Origin: Bigelowiella natans CCMP2755
Lineage: Eukaryota > Protista > Cercozoa
Reading direction: 5' to 3'
Assembly (NCBI GenBank): GCA_000320545.1
Contig: ADNK01003501.1
Location: 1-64,000 of the forward strand
DNA length: 64,000 nucleotides
In this document: positions 1 to 9,859 of the stretch, piece after piece
Layout of the letters: every line of letters starts with the position of its first letter
How positions within the stretch are numbered: position 1 is the stretch's first letter
Translations under genes and position numbers: made by a program
The notes under the pieces: model-generated
The model's database searches: none
The model's input: the letters and a program-made list of their open reading frames with translations, nothing else
What the model was told of the DNA's origin: nothing

Positions 1-220
1 CACCTAACCCTAACCCTAACCCTAACCCTAACCCTAACCCTAACCCTAACCCTAACCCTAACCCTAACCCTAACCCTAACCCTAACCCTAACCCTAACCC
101 TAACCCTAACCCTAACCCTAACCCTAACCCTAACCCTAACCCTAACCCTAACCCTAACCCTAACCCTAACCCTAACCCTAACCCTAACCCTAACCCTAAC
201 CCTAACCCTAACCCTAACCC
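1..220. repeat. Telomeric repeat array (CCCTAA)n, i.e. TTAGGG-type, left chromosome end
   Basis: Uninterrupted CCCTAA hexamers from the start of the window to about 220. Confidence 0.98.
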
Positions 221-520
221 TGACCCCACTTGTGACCAGTTTCCCTCACTTTCACCCTCGTTTCGACCGTCACTTTGGTCGTCACTTTGGTCGTGGTCCA
301 GGAGAAAACCCCAACTCTGACCCCAACACTGACCCTGACCCTGACCCAAACCCCAACCCTAACCCTGACCCTGACCCTGACCCTGACCCCAACCCTGACT
401 CACAACCCTGAAATTTGAAACTTTGACCTAAAACCCCAATGCGTAAAACTCTGACCCAATGAATCTTGACTTCAGAATGCTGACCGAAAACCCTGACCCA
501 GATCGAACCCTGATCCTGAG
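221..520. repeat. Subtelomeric degenerate telomere-variant repeats (CCCTGA, CCCCAA), plus a short tandem of CGTCACTTTGGT
   Basis: About 305-412 is a run of hexamers, mostly CCCTGA, with several CCCCAA and one intact CCCTAA near 357. A 12-mer tandem lies at about 268-292. Confidence 0.9.
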
Positions 521-967
521 CACGAATCCTTCATCTTGATCACTGTTTGTTGTGTGGTCAGTCGATGCAAAAAAGTTTGGCAGGTTGATGTTTCTTGATC
601 GTTGGGTGAATCTGGAAGTGCCAACACGTCGACAAGTGCAACGTTGCAGATTGAAGGAAGGATCTCAGCCTCAACCCCTTTTTTCACGCGAGTTCTCAAC
701 GTGCATGCAACAGGACGCTTTCTCGCATGTCATGATTGTGTGTCACACGTTGCAAATGATTGTCATCGGCAACCTTCAAACGTGCACGTGCAGAAACAAA
801 CAGTTTGTCCATGAGTTGTGTGTCCTCACAGATTTCGCGAGGTTCACTGCACACAAAGACCATGCACATGGCACGTGTGCATTGTGCATTGCGTGCACAT
901 TTGCGCAAGTGATGTCCATTGTGAGCTCAAGAAGATTCACACACGACATGACTACATTTCTTCTTGT

Positions 968-2495
968 TCACATCAAGTTCAATTCCTCAAGCTGTTTCTG
1001 GGTGAGTTGCACAACAACAGCACCGTCTTCTTCAGCTTCGATGGTGACACCATTTTCTTTGCTGTCGCCAGAATGCAACCTCTCAAATTTCGTGCGAAAT
1101 CGCCAACCGAATTTCGAGTTCAATGTGGATTGAAGACAAGCTTTCGCTTTTTTCTGTCGTGAGGGCAACCCCGAAGAATCCTCAAGAATCTCCAAATAAT
1201 CCCTGTGTCAGTGGAGTTGAACTCAAAGAATGCAATTCTTTCGTGAAAGCAACTGTCTCGAGTTTGATGTCTGCTTAGTTCGGTGTCTCTAAATCTGTCT
1301 CACTTGCTCACTTTGCTAATTCGTATTTAAAATTGGCATTTACCTCAGGCAAGCTTTGAGGAAGTTATCCTTCGAAAGTTCATCAATGAAAAAGTCGGCG
1401 GGGAGAGCTTTTAGGTGACACAGCAAGACTTCGGTCCACTCCGCAAATAAGTCTGTTGTAGAAGGAAAGAGCACATGGAGATAAAGAAGAATAATAACTA
1501 TCATAACCCCTCAATACTAGCAGGATCTGCCAACCATCACCAAGTATCACTAAATGGCATTATCACAGCCAATTTTTTTGATTCACGTTCAAATACCTCT
1601 CACCACCCTTACCACCCACCCTTCCATATTATCCGGCAGTAGTAAGAGAAGAACAAGTAGAAATCAGTGACTACTACTACTACAACTACTACTTTTACTA
1701 CTACTCAACTGTTGTTACCGGGCAAAATATCCACACCCTTATCGCACGAACAAAGAAGCCTCGTTAGCTTCTTCCACTGTTCAAGACCTAATGTATCAAT
1801 TCTTGCATGCTTGCTGATTCTTACGGTGACGACGACGACGATGATGATGACGATCTTATCGATGTAGTAATATGTGAAATGTGAAAATGTAAAATATTTT
1901 GATGTACAGAAGGGTTTTACAAAGATATAAAGAAACTCAAGAGAGGGGAGGCGAGATTCTTCTTCTTACCTTCCATAGATTCCCCAAACATCATGCTACA
2001 AAAAGCAAATTCGACCTGAATCAACATATGAGACATCATTACCAGCCCATCCTGTTTTGTAATTGTTTTTTCCATCCTTTCTCTCATCATCTTCTCATTG
2101 ATCTTACAATTTGAAGATCACCTCTCCCAGCACCCTCTTTGCGTGTCGTATTCCTCCCCAATTTTTCTCGATAAGCTTGATAAGAAGTGGAGTCTTGTCC
2201 AGATTGCTAGACGTCACTGCTGACAACATTTCCCTCTGATAACGGATATACGACAGGCAGTAGATACATCATTATCTCTTTTATCGTATTATCATCATCA
2301 TCATCATCATCATCAATCTCATCGGCAACCATCAGGTCTTCCTTTGCTTTTAGCTGTTTTCTGGCGCTTTCTAGTTCCAAGGGGGGCTGAGATGAAGGCA
2401 GAGGGGAACCTCCTACATTTTGATAACGATGATTGCATTGGGGTGCCGTACACACATGTAAGCTCCTACATTTTGATAACGATGATTGCATTGGC

Positions 2496-2531
<36 letters not shown>

Positions 2532-4637
2532 TAATTTCTTCTTAGATTTTTATAATAATAATGATATCATTAATTGTTGTGTGGTTGGGAAGCATGGAGA
2601 AGAGGTTGGCAATATTAACGGGGTCAGACGCATGAAAGAATAAATGGAAATGATTGGTATCAGGGTAGTAGTGGTACCAAGAATCTACACTCCTCCTAGT
2701 AATATTACTACTACTACTACTACTAATACACAACCCAGTTACATAACCATGAGACAGCGAAGGAGAAAGAGCATGTTATTTACAACGATAAGAGGATTCA
2801 ACGAAGTAATTTCACATTAATATCATTCAACATATAAATTATATAAAAGCATATGCAAAACAAGCAATGGACTTGGTACACCACCACCACCACCACCACT
2901 AACACCTCAACCAGGATCCTCATTACCCTGCTTAAGGACTTGTTTGGTGTCCTCCTCCTCTTCCTCCTCGTCTTTCATCCTTATCATCGGCGACATTTCC
3001 ATCTTTAAGATCCATTCCTTTAATTCATTTATTTTGTGCTGCAATTGTTTCCTAGCACGGACTCCCTCTCCACTAGTGGTGCTGTCCTGGGGTATCTTCG
3101 AATAAAACCGCCTGAGGTTAACAAAGGAGACAGAAGCCTTTTTTTTGCTCTTTTTATTCTTCTCATTCGTCACTTCTTCTTCTTCTTCTTCTTTTTCTTC
3201 CATCCTTTCCCGCTCCATTTTTTGTTGTAATTTCTGGCGGGGGGGGTTTTGATGAAGAAGAGGCTTCGTCGCATTTCTCCCTGAAGCTGTCATTGGGTTA
3301 TCCACCTCCTCATCACCTCTCATGATCTTCATATCTTCTTCGTGATCCATCTCCATGTTCCCATTTTTCTTCTTCTTATCAGTGTTGGAATGTGTTCGTG
3401 GTGGAAGAGGCCTAAAACGTTGGACAGGTGCTAATCTTGCGACTACTTGAGCATCAACATGTTTAGTGAGATGCTGCCATCTCATAAGACTATTCACTGG
3501 ATATGGAGCCTGTTCAAAATATTTACATACATACATACATAAAACCCTTGTTACGGCAAATAAAAAGCACACATGCAGACCAAAGCAATGACTCGTATTG
3601 CCAATTCTGAGCGCATCGCCAACTCAAAGCACACATGTAGACAAACGACGACTCATATTGTCAATTTTTTCCGACGGATAACCGTACACATGTATATAAT
3701 ACCATTCTTACCAGATTTCGATCAAAATCCAATCGCCGCACGCCGGTCTCATATTGACGACGCTCTATTTAGAGAAGAGAGGAGGAGAAAGAGAAGGAGG
3801 AGGAAGCAACAGAAATGAATATCAACGAATCATGCAACAACTATCCTTCCACATAATCAAATGAATAACATTTACTTTTGTTTTGTTTTTTGATTCCTGT
3901 GCTAGTTCTCGTTTAAGACTGTAGACTGATATTTCTTACTACCCTGATCAGGAAGATCCACTAGACACTCTAGTTCATTGTTCCACCGATATATTAGAAT
4001 CTATTATAAAGTAGTAAGAAGTAGCAGCAGTAGAAGCAACAGAAGCAGTAGTAGTATTAGTATTAGTAGGTTAATTTGCATCAGAGAAATGTTCCATCCA
4101 TAATATATATCAGTCATGACTAGTAGTAGTATAGGTGTATCACTGTGTAGTGATGTTGAGAAACGATTAGATGATGTGGTAGAAAACGCACACATATCCT
4201 CAATAATGATGTTGAGACGATTAGATGATGTACACATATCCTCAATAATACCTGCCGAGGTTTCACAGTGAAAAATAGGCTAGTTCTTGGGGCTGATGCT
4301 TGGTTGCGGTTATCAGATGGACAGTAATGCGCAATATGTACACCAGGAGGTATCATCTAGGAAGAGTGAGAAAGAAAGAGGAGGGGCAAGAGGAGGAGAG
4401 AAGAAATAAGCAACGTAGTGAGCGATCCATCGTCGAACTTTGACACTACCAACACTACACACAGAAGAGCACCTTAATTCCCATAAACTTTGGTCCGACT
4501 GTATATCCTGTACAATCAATTCCAAACTTTGTACCCACTGGAACCCCTATGCACAGCAACGTACCTACCAGATGATCAAGGGCCAAGTTTGATGAGGCAG
4601 TGTGCAACTTTGTTATTCCTAGATGCTCCCCCTCCAT
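968..4637 (-). CDS. AAR2: AAR2 U5 snRNP assembly / pre-mRNA splicing factor, multi-exon
   Basis: Exons read on the minus strand: GTKFGIDCTGYTVGPKFMGIK (~4470-4545), MIPPGVHIAHY (~4356), APYPVNSLMRWQHLTKHV (~3510), LGE/VEFAFCSMMFGESMEG (~1970-2130), LEQWKKLTRLLC (~1740-1788), LPADFFIDELSKDNFLKACL (~1345-1455), and a last exon 968-1202 (KFGWRF...EEDGAVVV). These match recalled AAR2 N- and C-terminal motifs, and the GT-AG junctions I checked are in phase. Confidence 0.9.
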
Positions 4638-6229
4638 CTCTCTCTTTATATATCTCCCACACTCCTCCTCTGTGTACCTCCCTCGCGTAGTGCCCGCTGA
4701 GCATCTTCCGGAGCCATTGAATCGTAAGATGTTTGTATTATCTGTGTCGTATCTATGTCTTCCTTTTCATCGGGTGGCGAGGGTGCCTGGTCATGTTGCA
4801 TTGTGAACCTTTCCGTTCAAATTCTAGTCTGTTTCTAAGATAGATAGTCCGTAACTCAAAGCACTGATTAGCAGTGAGATAGGTTGTGGAACCAGTGGCG
4901 AACTTTGCGAAGAGCGAAGCAGCGTAGTCCGAGGAGGAGGATGATTGATTTTAGTTGTGTAAGTTTGGTGATTATTTTAGAAATTTAGAAACAGTTCTAA
5001 TTATTTGGCCCTTTTATGGTTGTCGCAGGAGAATAAACGCACTTATTCGTATAAAAAAAGGGATTGATTGTCGCTGACGTCGAACAACCGAAAAGCAGTA
5101 GGTAGTAAGGCCTTCCCCTTATCAACTCAAGTTGGTGCTCACACGCTTTGGAGGGGGCGTAAACGAGGACCACCAACACCTTCATATCCCTCAGAAGGTG
5201 TTCTCCTCTTCTTCTACCATTTTTGGAATCGGCTACCATGTTCAGTGTCTGTTTTTTTGCTGCTTCGAGGCACTTCCGCATGGCTTGAGCTAGTCCTTTA
5301 TCCGTTTGGGTATCTGCTGCTTTGTCATTGAGGACTAAAGATGAAATTATTACTACAAAGTTTGCCGTTCAATACTGTAGAAGAAATTATGACTGCAAAT
5401 TTGCTGAGCAATCCAAAAACTTTGCCCACAAGCAAAACTGATAATCGAAATATTTCTTCAGTAGCCTATTCTGCGCGATCAAAACACAAGTTTTCTCGCT
5501 TCTTATAAAAACAGACGATTACATGAAGTGATATAGAAGACAAATCGAAGTGGTAGAAATTTGGTTAGTTACACGAGGAAGTAGCTATCTCACTTAAGGA
5601 AAAACTTTGCGACGACCAATAGATGATCGTGACTCTGTTGATATTCTACAGGAGGATTGTAAGGAGTTGCATCAATATCATCATAAGAAGCCCAAAATCT
5701 CCCCGGATATATTTGGGTTTTTCGAGTCATAGGAAAATCGACTCTCATTTGTGTGCGCTCTTGGAGATTTCAAAATACCTTTGTGATTCTTCTCTTCTTA
5801 TGCATCACACCAGTAGATTAGACAACTTGATCTTCGATTTTACGATTTGTAAATTATCAATAGGTAAAACATACCTTGATATCTTTCGAATGTGCTCATA
5901 ACCCTAATGGTGTTAAACTATTTGTGTGGTACTTGTTATTTGATGATAGTAAGGGTAAAAATGGTCAATGACAAGCAGATAGTAATAATTCTTCAAAACC
6001 CACATACTATGATGTTGACACGTCTGCAATCTAGCATCTAGGTCTAGGATTAACCAGGCCTCAAGTCAGGGTTGTCTTCCAAGCTGTGACATTGATTTCT
6101 TTCTTCACATAGATTCTCATGAGGATACTTACATGTACAGTGCAGCAAAAGAAAATGAATCTGGAAAGATGGTTGTTGTCCGTAGCAGATATGGAGGAGT
6201 TAGTGCTCAGCTAAAAAAAATGTTGCAAA

Positions 6230-7560
6230 CTTGAAGCACAAGATGCTTTATGTTCATCATTTTACACCTGTAGACTTGCGTGCAGCCTGCAAAACACAAC
6301 GAAAGATCCACATGACTGAGCTGCTGCTCCTCCACGTACGTTCACACAACACGTACGCTACACGTTCAAAAAATATCGTCAACTAGCTTGATCGCAACCA
6401 ACTCCATGTCTAGATGTGCAGGAAATCAAATAATCGAAAGGCAGGAATGTCACTGAAATTATCGGTGACTGAATCTCACAAAATTTTAATTTGAAACGAT
6501 CATGTCATGCAAAGTGAGTTTGTACAAACGCGCGAATGTACACGAACTGAGCTGTGGAGCGAGCAGCGCGTCTGCGTATGAGACAATAGAGACAGTTTTG
6601 AGGCGTGGCAAAGCCGGGGGACAGCATTGTCGTTGCTGGCAGCATGTGCACCATGACGCACGAGCACGCCGGAGTCACGCGCCTGATTCGTCGGCACGTT
6701 ACTGTGCACTGCATGGATCGGACACACTCTGGGCTGTTCTAGCATTCCATGTGCACATCATTGCTTGTATCAGCGTGACAGCCTAGTTGCTGTGTGTGCA
6801 TCATCACACAACTAGTAGACAACACAAAACAAAGAAAATGCCACACAACATGTACACAACATCAGACGTCTCAACTCTACATCGATGATTAAATGAACGA
6901 ACATTCTCTAGTTATGGCCGACATGCATGAGACGGACGATGTGATGAATTGATCGAATCTTTCAATGGTCATCCTGATGTAGCTGTGCAAAGCAGATGAG
7001 GCTACAGCGCGGATGTTGTGTCTGTTTGTCTCCGCCATGATGTGTTTCATGCATGTGAAAGCATCTGCATCCTGTCGTCTGCATCGTGCAGCACGCGCAG
7101 CATCCCGTGCGCTTCTTTTTCATGTCAGAATTTGAAAATTTTCGAACATCAGCAGCTACGACAAAATTTCCACTTTGTTCTTCGATTCAAGACTGCTTGA
7201 AGTGAATTGCAGATTTGTGTTGATGATGTGTAGCAATTGAAACCATTGTGTCATCTGTAGCAGGTAGGTTTGGTCAGGGCGATGTGCACGCGTCCGATTC
7301 GCGACGCAATGAGCTGAATTCTTTGATCACCATCGACGTCCACTTTGCACACAACACTAGCAGGACATGCATGTCTAGATGCTCGCATTGGCACTTCATG
7401 ATCACACGCGTGCAAGCAAGTTTGCACAAGGGGACTGCATCGCAAACAAATCGGTGCTTACTACATGTGCACAGCAAACACACATGCGCGTGTAACATGG
7501 GATGCAACCCAAAGCGTTTCATTCAAGTCGAATCAGATGATGGGATAGAAGCGACATGAA
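6230..7560. other. Partially TpA-depleted, TG/CA-rich island (probable decayed repeat)
   Basis: Dense TGCA/CATG/CACG text with fewer TAs than the flanks, many of them in CTAG. No credible ORF. Boundaries approximate. Confidence 0.55.
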
Positions 7561-8844
7561 TCACATAAATGCATAGAGCCTCATAAGGTATCATTCATCA
7601 TGCAACCACTCAAAACTTATGACATAAATTTGGTACTTTACTCATTTTGGTTCATTTTGTTTATTTAGCAGTATGATTCCTAATGCAATAGATGTTAAAC
7701 TAGACTAATTTAAATAACCTGATATTAGCTAAGAAGAGTTCGTTATCTTGCTGCTGCAGCAATTCCTACCGCCACGGCTAATCAGGTTGCGCCTGGTTCC
7801 GCAACTCGAATAAGTTCGTAGATTTTGGACTGGTTTCACTGTCATTTGACCCCGAGTAGTTCTTGCACTTGATGATGATGGTGACAAAGGCAACGGCGAA
7901 TGAAGCAATAACATGGATTCGGAAGTTAACGACGAAACAGGCGAGGTTTCGAATGAAAGCAGTGACGATGAGGCCTCTAACTTACTACTGGACCTATCTA
8001 AATTAGGCGAATTCTTCAACTCAGACTTGACAGAAAATAGATCTACAGCCGGAACAGTTCGCCTCCTCTTAACTCTAATCATTGGCCGACTTGGAGCGAA
8101 ACAAAGGGAGTCTTGCGTATTTCGCTGCCGCTCTGAAGGATCGAAAACCCCGTTCATCGTTCTCTTCGCACGTGTACGGTTCGAAGTAGAGAAAGCAGTG
8201 GAGTCGATTGAACGAAAAACTTCATAAGTTTCAGAATACGAAAAACTGGAGAATCGAGAACTGCCTGAGAATTTCATCATGGTGTGCTATCAATACGCTT
8301 GAGTAAGGTCTAGATCTACTGGCTGATGGCTTTTTGGTGAAAGATGGCTACTGCTCTGGAGTGGGGCGACCGACAGATATCAGATTATTTGCTGCTATGA
8401 ATACCGAGATTTGTAGAAAATCTTGGCAAAATCACCTAAGTTTGGATCCGATGATAATACACACGTATTAACATAGGGCAAAAGAAAACATCTTCGCAAC
8501 TAGTCGCAATAATCCATGGCAACTCGTAAAATTTGAAATGAGCAGATCCAGTTGGCTGGAAAAATCTTGAGATAATCTTAGAGCATACCGAGAGAGTCTC
8601 CAAAAATAGCGGGAAAATAAGCACTCCTCCTACAGAATGATGAGGCACGTGGCGGGTAGCGGGCTCAACGTAGAAGAATATGGATGGGACATTATCTAAT
8701 TGCCTCCTCATGACGCTCAAACTAATCCGCTCGAGCCCATGGCTTTATCTGCGGGCTTGTCTTGATGATATTTCACACAAGAAAATAGCTTACCCATATC
8801 TGGCGTTGATGATGCTCATTTTAGGTATCTAAATTCGATTCTGT

Positions 8845-9780
8845 ATGCTTATGAACAAAAATGTCCTCATGGTAAATTGTTTAATTCAATCTATAGCATC
8901 GTTAACACCCCTATCGGATGCAGCTGGGACATTATCTTCCTCGACGTCCGAGTCCGCAACGAAATTTGAAAGCTTCGTGCGGAACGTGCAAGAGGAAGGG
9001 TATACTCCTGCTGTAATGCAAGCAGCTTCGGGAGTTCTCCAAACTATTGTGGAAAAAGAAACTCATGCACCTGCACAGTCGGCGAGGATTGCGGAGGCAT
9101 GGCTTCTCCAGCTCTCAAAAAGGGGGCAGGCTGTTTGCGCTGCAGGATACAATGCTCTTGCATGCACCTTTGCTGAAGCCGGCTCAACGAGATCTGCTGA
9201 ATATTGGCTAGAAAGAACTTTAGAGGCTGGATTAGTTCCTGAGGCCCGTACTTTCGTGAAAGTAGTTCACGCATTGTGCCGTGAAGGCAAAATTTCACGC
9301 GCACACCGCTGGGCGGAACAGGCTGCCCAGTCGAGCAGTGTCGGTCTTGAGCTGTTCAAACGATTGATGGATGTTGGCCTTCAGATGGGCACCGAGGAAG
9401 CTGAGATGGATAGTTCACCTCCAGTCCTTCCGGTTGAAAGCAGTCCATCTGAAGCTGCATGGAGGAATGTTTTTGAGCGAAGGGCCAAGACTTTGACAGT
9501 AGCTGACAAGAAGTGGAAAAGGATGGTAATGCTTTATGGACTGCCTCTTCTTGCATGGTCACTTGTAATGAAGATACCAATATCGAGAGTCATCAAGGAT
9601 CGTTTGAGCAAGAATAAACACATTCCCATGCCAAAAGACTTTCATGGCAAAGCTGATCTTGTGGATGTGAATGAAGCCCCGCTTCCGTGGGATGACAACA
9701 ACAGGGAAATTGGAAATTACCCAGGACCGGCCATGCTGGGTGGAAGCTTTGTAAAGGACCTAAATTTTGTGGACTTTTAA
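8845..9780 (+). CDS. Pentatricopeptide-repeat (PPR)-like protein, probably the 3' exon of a longer gene
   Basis: 311-aa ORF containing AAGYNALACTFAEAG...AEYWLERTLEAGLVPEARTFVKVVHALCREGKI, a PPR-type helical repeat pattern. A likely splice acceptor sits near 8896, so the true start is unresolved. Confidence 0.6.
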   Translation: MLMNKNVLMVNCLIQSIASLTPLSDAAGTLSSSTSESATKFESFVRNVQEEGYTPAVMQAASGVLQTIVEKETHAPAQSARIAEAWLLQLSKRGQAVCAAGYNALACTFAEAGSTRSAEYWLERTLEAGLVPEARTFVKVVHALCREGKISRAHRWAEQAAQSSSVGLELFKRLMDVGLQMGTEEAEMDSSPPVLPVESSPSEAAWRNVFERRAKTLTVADKKWKRMVMLYGLPLLAWSLVMKIPISRVIKDRLSKNKHIPMPKDFHGKADLVDVNEAPLPWDDNNREIGNYPGPAMLGGSFVKDLNFVDF

Positions 9781-9859
9781 AACAGAAAATCACGGCTAAT
9801 GGTCTGCATTTTTGTGAGGTCACTTTCACGAAATGATTTTTTTCATGTTCCAAATTTCC

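Noticed and set aside
4997-8720. Short ORFs at 5.0-5.9 kb and 7.7-8.7 kb as genes
   Set aside because: No recognisable motifs and no consistent splice model. Some may be upstream exons of the PPR-like gene, but I cannot support that.
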